A stretch of 64,000 bases of DNA from Prorocentrum cordatum (Eukaryota). Below are positions 50,620 to 63,039 of this stretch, one piece after another. The stretch lies in assembly GCA_963575745.1 (NCBI GenBank), contig CAUYUJ010000270.1, positions 1 through 64,000 of the forward strand, in the 5' to 3' direction. Under the pieces are notes generated by a model, which worked only from the letters and a program-made list of their open reading frames with translations, was not told the DNA's origin and did not search any database. Numbering within the stretch: position 1 is the first letter of the stretch; every line of letters begins with the position of its first letter. Made by a program: the position numbers and the translations under genes.

Positions 50620-51859
50620 TGAGGTGAGGTGAGCGGCCGATTTCGGTGGCCGGGGCCGGGTGCCCGGGTGCCCGGGGGTTCCCGGGGGTGCCCGGGTGCC
50701 CAGGTGTGTGGCCGATTTCGGTGGCCGGGGCCTGGTGCCCTGGTGCCCGGGGGTGCCTGGGGGTGCCCGGGTGTCCAGGGGTGCCCGGGTGCCCGGGGTA
50801 CCCAGAAGTGCCCGGGGGTGCCTAGCCCAATAGCCCTATATCCCTATAGCCTAAGCCCAATCGCCATATATCCCTATAACACTATAACCCTATAGCCCTA
50901 TAGCCGTACCTATACGACCACCCTTCGGCCCTTCGGGTGATAACGAGGTTCGGGGGGGGGGGGAACCAACGTCTCACTCGATCGGTCTCACTATCGATCT
51001 CAGTATCGATCTCACTATCGGTTTCGCTCGATCGATCTCACTCGATCGATCTCAAAATCGATCTCACTCGATCTATCTCATTCGATCGATCTCACAATTG
51101 ATCTCACAATCGATCTCACAATCGATCACACAATCGATCTCACACTCGGTCTCAATATCGATCTCACTATCGATATCACAATCGCTCTCACAATCAACGT
51201 CATCATCATCAACATCATCAACATCATCATCATCATCACCAACACCGTCATCATCATGAGGACACCGTCATCATCATCATAAACATCATCATCAACGTCA
51301 GCATCATCATCGGGACGACACCATCATCATAATCACCATCATCATCTCATCATCAACATCATCATCATCATCATGATCATCATCGGGACACAGTCATCGT
51401 CATCATCAGCAGCATCATCATAATCATCATCATAATCGGGACACCATCATGATCACCATCGTTCTTATCATCAAGATTATCATCAACATCGTCATCATCC
51501 TCGGGACAGCGTCATCATCATGATCATCATCATCATCATCGACATCATCATCATCAACAACATCATCATCATCGGGACACAGTCATCGTCATCATCAGCA
51601 GCATCATCATGATCATCATCATAATCGGGACACCATCATGATCACCATCGTTCTTATCATCAATATTATCATCAACATCGTCATCATCCTCGGGACACCG
51701 TCATCATCATGATCATCATCATCATCATCATCGACATCATCATCATCAACAACATCATCATCATCCTTGGGGCACCATCATCATCATGAGCAACATCATC
51801 ATCAACATCGTCATTATCATTATTATCATCATCGGGACACCATCAGCATCACCATCATC

Positions 51860-51891
<32 letters not shown>

Positions 51892-52880
51892 AATCATCAA
51901 CGGGACACCATAATCATCAACATCATCATCAACATCATTATCGCCGGGACACCATTTCCATCAACATCATCATCACCAACATCATCGGAATCATCATCAT
52001 CATCGGGACACCATCATCGTCATCATCATCCACATAATCATCATGAGCATCATCATACACATCATCGGGACACTATCATCATCATCGACACCATCATCAA
52101 CATCATCATCTTCATCGGGACACCATCATCATCACCTCATCATCATCATCATCGTCATCATCATCATCATCATCATCGTCATCATCATCAGCATCTCATC
52201 ATCATCGTCCTCGCGGGACACCGCGGGACACCGGCGGGACACCGCGGGACACCGCGGGAAACCGCGGGACACCGCGGGACACCGGCGGGACACCGGCGGG
52301 GCCCCGCGCCCCGGATGAGAAACATTTGGTCCGGCCGCGCCTCAGCCACAGGAGGACACCGCGGGACACCGGCGGGACACCGCGGGGCCCCGCAAGAGAA
52401 ACATTTGGTCCGGCCGCGCCTCGGCCACAGGAGACTTTTTCTCGCCCGCCCACGCAGCTTCGCCTCGCACGCACGGCACGCACGAACACGAAACCGAAAC
52501 CGATTTCCCGGTGGGGGGCTCGCCGTTCCACTTCGATCTCACCCCCTCACCTCCGATAGCCCTATAGCCCAATAGCCCAATAGCCCAATAGCCCCATAGC
52601 CCCATAGCCCCATAGCCCCATAGCCCTATAGCCCTATAGCCCTATAGCCCTATAGCCCCATAGCCCTATAGCCCTATGGTCCTAAAGCCCTATAGCCGTA
52701 TATAGCCGTATATAGCCCTATAGCCCTATAGCCCGAATATCCTTATAGCCCTTAGCCCTATAGCCCTATAGCCCAGTAGCCCTATAGCCCTAAAGGCTTC
52801 TAGCCCTATATCCCTATGGCCACATCGCCCTATAGCCCTATAGCCCCATAGCCCTAAAGCCCTAAAGCCCCATAGCCCCC
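50620..52880. repeat. Composite minisatellite block: (GTGCCCGGG)n, (ATAGCCCT)n, (ATCGATCTCACW)n, (CAT)n punctuated by CGGGACAC, (CGGGACACCG)n, (ATAGCCCY)n
   Basis: Segments at about 50630-50820, 50822-50910, 50970-51195, 51200-52210, 52213-52390 and 52555-52880. Confidence 0.9.
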
Positions 52881-55800
52881 CAATAAATTCTGATTGGGTT
52901 TTTTCTCTGGTATCATGCGTTTTTATATGGTTTAAGATAATTAGACGGTTGTCGTCCCAAAGGGCGCATCCCAACTTGAAAACACATTCTTGTAGGGATT
53001 TATGGAAACTGATCTTAGAGGGATAGATTATTGCAACATCGTTCGTGGGTCTTGGGTTCAAACAGGTTCTCCTCCGCTTCCTCCTCCTCCTCCTCCTCCT
53101 CGCCCCCCTCTTTCTTCACACCGCCTGCATCGGCGGGGTAGAAGTAGAGCCAAGAATCAGGCCGCAGGACTGGCGGAGGGTGGTGTGGGGAGGCCTGGGC
53201 GCCCAGGCCCCCTCTGGGGAGGCGACCCTGGCAGGTAGGTCCGGGTTCCCCCCCGTGCCAGGCCCCCTCGGCATGGCGTCCCCAGGCCCCTCGCCTGGTT
53301 CCCCGTCCGCGCAGGGTCGCCGTCGCCCGCAGGGTGCGGCACCCACCGCCTATATCAAGGGTCTGGCGGGTGCAGTGTACGGGAGCTCGTCTGCTGTCGT
53401 AAGGGCCACTGGCCCCCAGGGCGGTGCGCTGCACCTTCCCGTGCGGCCCGCACCGCCTTGGGATGTTTTGGCCCTGGCTGCCCTAGTGGGGGCTGCTGGG
53501 CCTGCTTGGGGCTACCGCGGCGCAAGGCCCTCCAACTTGGGGCTCGACCTTGTCCTCGAGGGGGCTCCTCGGGTACGGGTGGCAAGGGCTCACGCCGTCG
53601 CCCCGCGGGCAATTTAAGGCTCCATCGAGCTCACGAAGCTTTGGACGTCTTCTCCGTATTATCCGAGTCATCATCCCTCTTCACCCTCTTCCTCTTCCTC
53701 CTCCTGCTCCCTCTTCAACCTCGCGGCGTCCCCTTCCGACGCATCGAGCGCGATTTGGTACCAACCCTCACAACGTCCCCGCGACGTCTGTGGGGCTCCT
53801 GACTTCGATTTCGACAACGGCATTTGCGAGCCCCACTTCTGCTGTGCCGCCCGCGACCGCGCCTCTGTAGTTCACTCGCGAACTGCTGAATGATTTGGTT
53901 ATTTGGCTCCTCTACCTTTTCCTCCTCCTCCTCCCCCTCCTCCTAATCCTCCCTCCTCCTACCTCTCCTCCTCCTCCTCCTCCTCCTCCTCCTCCTCCTC
54001 CTTCTCCTACGTGATGTTCTTTATGGCTTCGGAGGTGTTCCAGGGTGTTCGAATGTGTTCGAAGATGTTGAGCAGTTTCCATCTGTGGCTCGGAAGGGGG
54101 ACGGAGTCGTTGATGTGGCGTCTGTCTGGCCTCCTCCTCCTCCTCCTCCTCATCCTTCTCATCCCGCGCCCTGTTAAGGGACTGCCAGAGCGCCCGTAGC
54201 TCTCTCTTTCAACATCTCTAACACCTCCCTCATTCTTCCGTCCTCCTTCATCTTCCCTCCTCCTCCTCCTCCTCCTCCTCGGACCGCTTGAGGCACCCCC
54301 TGTACCCGAACTGTGCAAACAATCATATGCTGAGAATGATGCGTGGCGTGATCTATTGTGAAAGATATGGAACACATGCAACTGTTGCAACTCAGATCTG
54401 AGCAACGTGCAAGGCTATTGATCGTCCTCCTACGACAACTGGTAAGGAGGTGTTGTTCCGCTAGTATCGGGAGCTCTCCCCACATGTGGTGGGACATTCC
54501 TCCTTATGTGATTTTGCAATGTGCCCAGGCTTGACCTGGTCTCCACGGGTTCCCGAACCAAACCAGATCCTCTCCTTCGAATCGACCTGCATGTCTGTCT
54601 GGGAGCGTGTCCTGACCACGATCTCGAGACGGACCCACACGTGGCGACGATGACCCAGACTACCCCCTCTTCCTCCCTCCTCTCACCACTCATCCTCTTC
54701 TTCATCCTCCTCCCTCTTCCTTCATCCTTCAACTCTTCCTTCTCCTCTACCTCCTCGTCGGCGTGGAGGAGACGACGCAGAGGAGGACGTCGGGGGGGCA
54801 CTGGGGAACGGCGGCGCCGCCTCGCGCTGCTTCATGTCGTAGAACTTCTTGCCCAGGAACACGAAAATGGCCAAAAGAGGGATACCAGCGATCAGGCCTC
54901 GAGCGGGTAGAGAAGGAGGAGCGAAGGGGATGTCAGCGGTTTGTCCCTGGGAGGGAGAGAGAGAGAGAGAGAACAACAACAAAGAGGGGGGATGAGAGGG
55001 GGACGACACAAGGAGGACGAGGACGGTGAGGCCGCGGATGAGGAAGGAGGGAGGGAGGAAGGGAGCACAACGGTACAACCACATGATGAGGAAGGAAAGG
55101 AGAGCGAACACATAACATGCAGGAGGATCCTCCTCCTCCTCCTCCTCCTCCTCCTCCTCCTCCAATCCCCTTCCATATGAACACCTTTCGTAACACCACT
55201 CTCGACGTGTTGGTAGGGCGGGCCACCAGGAGTTTCGCCTGAGACTTCCTCGCCATCTGTGCTCCTGAACGCTTGAAGAAATCGTCGAGGCTTGACATGA
55301 GCCGATGCGGCGCGCACCAACTCGCGGTCCGTGTCTGGGTACGTTGCCCTGCAGATGGCAGGGCCAGCGCCGCAGAAGCGAAGCATCCCCTGGCCTACCT
55401 CCGCCCCGCTAAGACTTTCGCCGAAGCTGCCGTGCTGGCGGATCCCCTCGACGTCGCCCACGAACCCTGCCCCTGCGAGGCAACCGTCGAGGCCGCAACT
55501 TGTGAACGTGAGGCCGTCGGCCCTGCCACCCAGCAGCACGAATCTCCCGCGGAACAGGGCGCCAAATTCGATAGTGTCGCTCGTGCGATGCGACCCTCCA
55601 CCACGGAGCCCGCGGGACGGCCCTTCCTGCCCCTCCCGTGCCTGCCTTTCCTCTTCCGCGGCAGCGCCGCCTCGAGGCGCTCTTGGCGCGGCCTGGCGGC
55701 CAGGATCCTGATGGATCCTGATGGGCTCCGCCGGGCGACTGCGTCCGCTCGGAGTAACGTCGCGCGCCGCAAGTCGATTCAGTCGTCGGGCCTCGAAACT

Positions 55801-57151
55801 GGTCGAGGGCATGCTCCTCGCAGGCGCCGCCACCTCTGACTCCACCTGCAGAGGTGGACCCTCGGGCCTCGGCGGCGCCGCCCTGGACGCCCTTGCCTTC
55901 CCCGCGGACGCCCGCCGCAGCCAGACCACGAGGCGGGCGGGCGTTTCTCCGATCTTGAGAGGGGTGAGGATTAAGGCGGGACTGAAACAGGGGCGAAACA
56001 TCGCCGTGGAATCGGCGATGCATCGCCGATAGATCGGCGATATGCCCACGATAGCGAATCCGCACGATCCTGGGCGGGGTTGGGCTATCGGGCCCCTAAC
56101 ATGCGGTTATCGGGGTCAATGGGCGAGGGTCGATGCATCACTCCCTGAGAGTTGCCCCCCCGTACCGTTGCCCCTGACCTCGTGCCCGCTCTGCGAGCGG
56201 CGTCACAGGAAGGCACGCGCCTCGCCCCACGCACCTCTCGGGGAGGGGGTCCCTTCCCCGCGCCTCCCGCCCTACGGGGAGGGGGCCCTCACGCCCGCGG
56301 GGGGGCGGACCCAGGGAGCGTTGAGGCCGCTCTGGCGCGCACGCCTCTCTGTTCTTCTCTTGCGGAGCCTAGGACACACACGGTCTCGGCCGATCGCGCT
56401 CGACCATCTGGGGGTGTGGCACGGATGGGCCCTGTCACGATTGAGACTTGAGCGTCGCGTTCTGGAGAGGACGACTGGGAAGCGCCTCGCGACCCACAAG
56501 CACCTCCTGCCCCCAAGCGCCTCGTGGAATGGACCACGCTTCGCGAGACGGGCGGCCAAGTGAATCTGGGGAGCCCCCCCCCCACCTGACCGATGCCCCT
56601 CGGCCTGGCGCCGCTGGCCGCTCGCGCGGCTCGACCTCCACCGCGGCCCTGCGGGGCAGCCCTTCTTGCGCCCCCCCCCGCGCCTGCCCTTCTTCTCAGG
56701 TGGTGGCGCCACGTCTCCCTCCGACTCCACCTGTGGAGGCAAGCTCGAAGCGTGGGGTCTGGGCCGTGCGCCGTTCCCCGCGGCCGACGTTGCCCCTCGC
56801 CCTGGCCTTGGGCACTGCTCGGCTGGCGGACGCCGAGCCCTTGACCAGGCGGGGAAGAGGAGGGGCGCTTCCTCCAGCTTAGCCAGTATGAGCCAAACTC
56901 GGGCCCGGACGGCTACGGAAAAGCCGTCGCGCCCAGACGGCTACGGAGAAGCCGTCGCGCGCTCACCCCTTTTCCCCCCCAAACTCGCGTACACAGTCCC
57001 ACCCCGTCTCGCTCCTGATCCTCAAGATCATGAGCCTCCTCATTTTCCTCGGTCTCGGTTATCGCATTCCCCCTCGCGCTCGGCGCGAGCCACGAGGAAC
57101 GCGCATCAGCACACAACCACCAGCGCCCTCGTGCGCACCGGCTCGGATGGC

Positions 57152-60100
57152 TTATCTGCAGGGCACGAACGACGCGTGCAGCACGCAGCCGCGGCTCATC
57201 TCGAGCGTGCGCCAGCAGTCCCCGGAGGAGGCCAGCCACGCCCTCACCGTACCGTCACCAGAGGCGGTAAGCACCTGCTGCCCGTCGGGCGAGAGCAGAG
57301 GAACAGACGACGGCACAGACATACAGTTCGGGAGGTACAAAGACACATACGATAAGAAATCGTGCTAAAGGAAATCTTGGGACACACTCTTCGTCGATCT
57401 TGCAGGGTCCTCAGGTGCCCCGGAGCTTCTGTGGGCCCGTGGAACCATCTGTGTGTTGGAAACTTCATTGGTGTACCTGCTGGCAGGTCGATGTCCTATG
57501 CTACGCACCTATGAAGGCCTTCAACTTGTCACCAACACAAAAACTGGAGGTTGCCTCCATCGGGGAATCATGATCCTAGATGTTTTATTCGGTGGTAATA
57601 TTTGGGCCACAGAAAGAGCCAGAGTATTACTATCACCCTCAAGTCCAGAATCATCTTGCCTCGGAGGAGGCAGGCGCCGATGTTGGCTTTGATGCCAACC
57701 TCTAGGCCTCCCAAGGTACGCGCGGATGTCTTGGGTCATCGTTTCGCCCGCAAGGTCAGGGGGCATCTGGCTCCGAACCTATTCATCCGCGCGTGCCTCC
57801 AACGTTCATATTTATGCCGTCTTCTGATCTTCTAGAGAACACGGCGGAATACACGTCACTGTCGCACTCGAGCGTCCCCGTGCACTCCCAGGACTCCTCG
57901 GGAGAGGCTAAGTACACTTGAAAGCCCATCTGATGGAGCCCCTTGCCTCCAGCCAGGCCTGCTCCATCCAGACTCATAGCGTCGCCCGGGAAGAGGCTGC
58001 GTCCAAAAAGAGATCTACCAGATGGAGCCCCTTGGCTCCGCCTGGACTTGCTCCAACCAGCACCAGAACTCCGACGTCGATGCATCCCACCCTGAGCCCC
58101 TCCCTCCCGCACGTTGCCCCTTGGTCTTCGAGTCATAGCTCGGCTCTCGGGCGGCGGTTCGGGACGATCGGGGAACCCGCAGAACGCTGTCGGCGCGGCG
58201 CAGCTGCTGTAGAACATCCCGAGGCCGGAAGAAATCGCTGAGAACCGACGAAAACCTCGAACCTCGAACCCGAAGCTTCGAACCCGATCGTTCTTCTGCC
58301 CCAGTTCTCAACAACCTATCTCTCCCTAACGCTGCCCCTGAAGACTTGGCGTCGCCCGAGGCTCCATGGACCAGAGCCTCGCCGTGCAGTCCGCGGAGGC
58401 GGTGGCGGCCTGAAGACCGCCGGGGGAGAAGACGGCCCACTGCACGCCCTCCTGGTGCCCCTCCAGCGTGCGGAGGCACTCCCCCGAGGAGGACGACCAG
58501 ACCTTTCTTCGGCGGCGCGCCCACCCCTGGCATCCTCTCACTGGGAGCAAATCACGACAGAAAATGTTTGCTCATTTTCGGACTCCGGAGGCCTTCGCCG
58601 GGCCTTGGGACCGTCAAAAAACGACTCAGGATGGATCACTGGTCCCAGGGAATGGGTCCAGGCCTCTGGCGAACCACGGTGTGAAAGAAACACGACGTCG
58701 AATGTCCGGGCAGAGAGGAAGGCAGAGGGGGCGAGCCTTCTCCGAAAGTTCAGAAGGCCTCCGGCCTTCTGAGGCGCTTTCTTTTTTATGTTTTTCCCAA
58801 CCATCCTGTGGTGTTGGGTCCTCGTTTTGAAGAGACGGTGCCCCGCGTCTCCTTCCTTCCTCCTTCCTCCTCCTCCGCCTCCCTCCTCCCCCTCTTCCTT
58901 GCGTTTCACCCGCCCAGTACAGCGTTTCGTAGCCCCATAGGGAGCTCCGCCGAAGGCCCCAGTGCTGCCGCCCGCATGCGTCCCGCACACCCAATTCGGC
59001 ACACCCCTCACACGTTTCGTGGCCCCATAGGGAGCCCCACCGAAGGCCCCAGTGCTGCCGCCCGCATGCGTCCCGCACACCCAATTCGGCACACCCCTCA
59101 CACGTTTCGTGGCCCCATAGGGAGCCCACCGAAGGCCCCACACCGCATGCGTCACACGTTTCGTGGCCCCATAGGGAGCCCACCGAAGGCCCCAGTGCTG
59201 CCGCCCGCATGCGTCCCGCACACCCATTCGGCACACCCCTCACACGTTTCGTGGCCCCATCACATCGCAGCGGCACACCCCTCACACGTTTCGTGGCCCC
59301 ATAGGGCCCCACCGAAGGCCCCAGTGCTGCCGCCCGCATGCGTCCCGCACACCCAATTCGGCACACCCCTCACACGTTTCGTGGCCCCATAGGGAGCCCC
59401 ACCGAAGGCCCCAGTGCTGCCGCCCGCATGCGTCCCGCACACCCAATTCGGCACACCCCTCACACGTTTCGTGGCCCCATAGGGAGCCCCACCGAAGGCC
59501 CCAGTGCTGCCGCCCGCATGCGTCCCGCACACCCAATTCGGCACACCCCTCACACGTTTCGTGGCCCCATAGGGAGCCCCACCGAAGGCCCCAGTGCTGC
59601 CGCCCGCATGCGTCCCGCACACCCAATTCGGCACACCCCTCACACGTTTCGTGGCCCCATAGGGAGCCCCACCGAAGGCCCCAGTGCTGCCGCCCGCATG
59701 CGTCCCGCACACCCAATTCGGCACACCCCTCACACGTTTCGTGGCCCCATAGGGAGCCCCACCGAAGGCCCCAGTGCTGCCGCCCGCATGCGCCCCGCAC
59801 GCCCAATTCGGCACACCCTCACACGTTTCGTGGCCCCATGGGTTCCCGGGAAGGGAGCCCCACCGAAGGCCCCAGTGCTGCCGCCCGCATGCGTCCCGCA
59901 CGCCCAATTCGGCACACCCCTCACACGTTTCGTGGCCCCATAGGGAGCTCCGCCGAAGGCACCAGTGCTGCCGCCCGCATGCGTCCCGCACACCCAATTC
60001 GGCACACCCCTCACACGTTTCGTGGCCCCATAGGAGCTCCACCGAAGGCCCCAGTGCTGCCGCCCGCATGCGTCCCGCACACCCAATTCGGCACACCCCT

Positions 60101-63039
60101 CACACGTTTCGTGGCCCCATAGGGAGCTCCACCGAAGGCCCCAGTGGCGGCGCTCACATGCGCATGCGTCCCGCACACCCATTTCGGCACATCCCTGACA
60201 GGTTTCGTGGCCCCATCATCCACCGGAGGCCCCAGTGGCGGCGCTCACATGCGTCACCCACACCCACCCAATTCGGCACACCCCTCACACGTTTCGTGGC
60301 CCCATAGGGAGCTCCACCGAAGGCTCCAGCGGCCGCGCTCACATGCGTACCCGCCACCCATCCCAGCACGCCCCTCACAACAACAGGTTTCGTGGCCCCA
60401 TAGGGAGCTCCACCGAAGGCCCCAGTGGCACCGCCTGCATGCGTCACCACCCGCACCCAATTCGGCACACCCCTCACACGTTTCGTGGCCCCATAGGGAG
60501 CTCCACCGAAGGCCCCAGTGGCGGCGCTCACATGCGCATGCGTCCCGCACACCCATTTGGGCACATCCCTGACAGGTTTCGTGGCCCCATCCACCGGAGG
60601 CCCCAGTGGCGGCGCTCACATGCGTCACCCACACCCACCCAATTCGGCACACCCCTCACACGTTTCGTGGCCCCATAGGGAGCTCCACCGAAGGCTCCAG
60701 CGGCCGCGCTCACATGCGTACCCGCCACCCATCCCAGCACGCCCCTCACAACAACAGGTTTCGTGGCCCCATAGGGAGCTCCACCGAAGGCCCCAGTGGC
60801 ACCGCCTGCATGCGTCACCACCCGCACCCAATTCGGCACACCCCTCACACGTTTCGTGGCCCCATAGAGAGCTGCACCGAAGGCCCCAGTGGCGGCGCTC
60901 ACATGCGTCCCCGCCACACATCCCAGTACACCCCTCACGCGCTTCGTGGCCCCATAGGGAGCTCCACCGAAGGCCCCAGTAGCGGCGCTTACATGCGTCT
61001 CCGCCACCCATCCCGGCCCCCCCCCCCCGCAGCAGCATCATGTTTCGGGGACCCATAGGGAGCTCCACTGGAGGCCCCAGTGGCGGCCTGCACATGCGTT
61101 TCCGCCACCCATGTCGGCACGCCCCGCGCGTGTTTCATGTCCCCATAGGGAGCTTCGCCGAATGCCCCAGTGGCACCCATCTCGGCACACCCCTCACACG
61201 TTCCGTAGTCCTATGGGGAGTTCCATTGAAGATGAAACCCGCAGCTGCGGTACTGACAACTGCATATGGTTGGGTTCTTCGCCAGGCTAATTTTTTTTTG
61301 AGCTGCCTCCGAAGCCCCGCTGCCTTTTGGGAGGCCTGCCCCTTCTCACTCTTCCCCTCGGCGCGCCGACGACTTTCTACAAGAGCAAAACAGCTGGAGG
61401 AAAATCGACCGTCGGAGGTCCGCACGGTTTTCGTGGGTTGGCGCCGGACTCCCCCGCCCTGGCGCGGGAAACACACCAGGGGCGGCGCTGGAGGCGCCGC
61501 CAGGGGGCGTCCGAAAGTGTATGCTTATGTCTGTTGTTTGTTCCCAACTATCCGGTGCTGTTGGGTCTTCGCCTTGGATCCGCACCGCCGCGCCACGCCT
61601 CCGTCTTCTCCTCATCCAAATCTCTCTCCTCCTCCTCCGCTTATTCCGCCTCTCCGCATCTCTCTGTTAATTCTGCACGTTCCTCACACGCTTCGTGCCC
61701 CCATAGAGAGCTCCACCGACGGCCCCGGCGGGTGCGCTCGAATGGCGTCCCGCGCCCATTTCGGCACACCCCTCACGCGGATCGCGGCCCCATGGGACGC
61801 TCCACCTATAGCTCCAGTGGGTGCGTTCGCGTGGAATCCCCGCACCTGCTTCGGTACACCCCTCACGCGGACCGTGTGGCCCCAGGGAACTCCGCCTGCG
61901 GTCTCAGTGGGCTCCACCGCGTGCGGGCCCGCGCACATTTCGGCACACCCCTCAAGACGCGGACCATTGCCCCATGGTGAACTCCAATTCTGGCACACAC
62001 ACACACACTCTACTCACGCGGATAGAAGCGCCAAAAGGAGCTCACACTTCTGTCTCTTCGGGCGCCACCGTATGTGGCGGGCCCAAGCCCACTTCGGCAC
62101 ACCCCTCACAGGAGCGCGCCCATTCCGGTACACCCCTCACGCGGATCGTGGCCCTGCAGGGAGCTTAACCTGTGGCCCCAGTGTGTGCGACCGCATGCGG
62201 GGCAGCACCATGTCGGCACACGCGGATCGTAGCCCCAGATGGAGCTCCACCTGCGGCCTCACAACCGCATACAGGCCGGGCTCACTTCGGCGCACCTCCG
62301 ATGCGGACCGAGGCCTCACAAGGAGCCCCTCGCATACTAGCACGGGCTCAGTGGGCCTGGCCGCATGCGGGGCGTCGCCTGTTTTGCCCATTCCCCTCTC
62401 GCGGCGCGCAGTCCGCGGGGAGAGGGCCAGATCCTGCGCTACACGCAGCTGCAGAGAATTGGGCATCTCGCCAAACTAATTCTGACACACCTGGAATGAA
62501 TACGGGAAAGAATTGTACGATGCCCCAAAGCAAGTGTTGTCCAAAACCGACAGCGCCCGCTGTTGGGCAGCGGCCCGTGGTCCCAAATGGACAACTGACA
62601 ACGTCCGCGAACCGATCGCACCGATCATTTTCCCGTGGAGCCTTTGCCGTGCAGTCGTCGGAGGCGGTGATCACGTGCCGACCTCGTGGGGAGAATGCGG
62701 CGGAGCACACACCCTCGGCATGCCCCTCCAGCACGCGTAGGCAGTCCCCGCTGGGGGCGGACCAGAGCGTCGCCGAGCCGTCCGAGCAGGCCGTCAGCAC
62801 TTGCCGCCCATCGGGCGAGAAGGCCGCAGAGTTGACCACGTCGGCCCCGCCCCTGCCCAGGGTGCAGCGGCACTCCCCCGTGGCAGCGGACCAGATCTTC
62901 GCCGTTCCGTCGTCGGAGGCGGTGAGCACCTCCTCGCCATCGGGCGAGAACACGGCAGAGCAGACGCAGTCTGCGTGGCCGCTCAGCGTCCGCGAGCACT
63001 CCCCCGTGGCAGCACACCAGAGCTTTGCTGTGCCGTCGT
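57152..63039 (-). CDS. WD40-repeat protein, 3' exons (63039-62642, 58502-58365, 57896-57835, 57290-57152); 5' exons not resolved
   Basis: Repeated GH..V.SA.FSPDG..VLTAS.D.TAK.W motifs across the exons. In-frame joins: CTAK|VWSS, SM|ESWEC, VFS|PDGQ. Stop TAA at 57154-57152. Confidence 0.85.
57296..57834. mobile_element. 539-bp TIR element in the WD40 coding sequence with a 5-bp TSD and no canonical splice sites
   Basis: TIRs cagaggaacagacgacggcacagacat / revcomp tagaagatcagaagacggcataaatat (20/27). TSD gagag / gagaa. Confidence 0.7.
57897..58364 (-). mobile_element. Introner-like intron (GA..AG, 468 bp) with terminal inverted repeats in the WD40 gene
   Basis: After GAGC, the 5' sequence CTCGGGCGACGCCAAGT matches the revcomp 3' end CTCGGGAGAGGCTAAGT (14/17). 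GGAG is duplicated at the junctions. Confidence 0.65.
58791..61299. mobile_element. DINE-1/Helentron-like element with a long ~90-bp tandem array, inside a WD40 intron
   Basis: Same termini as 23981-24879 (CCCAACCAT...ATGGTTGGG, T-runs). About 25 units between 58920 and 61240, with a ~371-bp higher-order duplication around 60140-60900. Confidence 0.65.
61541..62370. repeat. Third, older copy of the same element
   Basis: cccaactatcc..gttgggtc start followed by diverged ttcggcacacccctcac units. Confidence 0.55.

Noticed and set aside
52555..52880. Telomeric repeat
   Set aside because: The unit is ATAGCCC(T/C), not the CCCTAAA type, and it is interstitial within a composite repeat.
54892..56049. 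385-aa minus-strand ORF and neighbouring 53045-53617 ORF
   Set aside because: Parts look exon-like (about 55270-55580), but no domain or consistent splice model could be supported.
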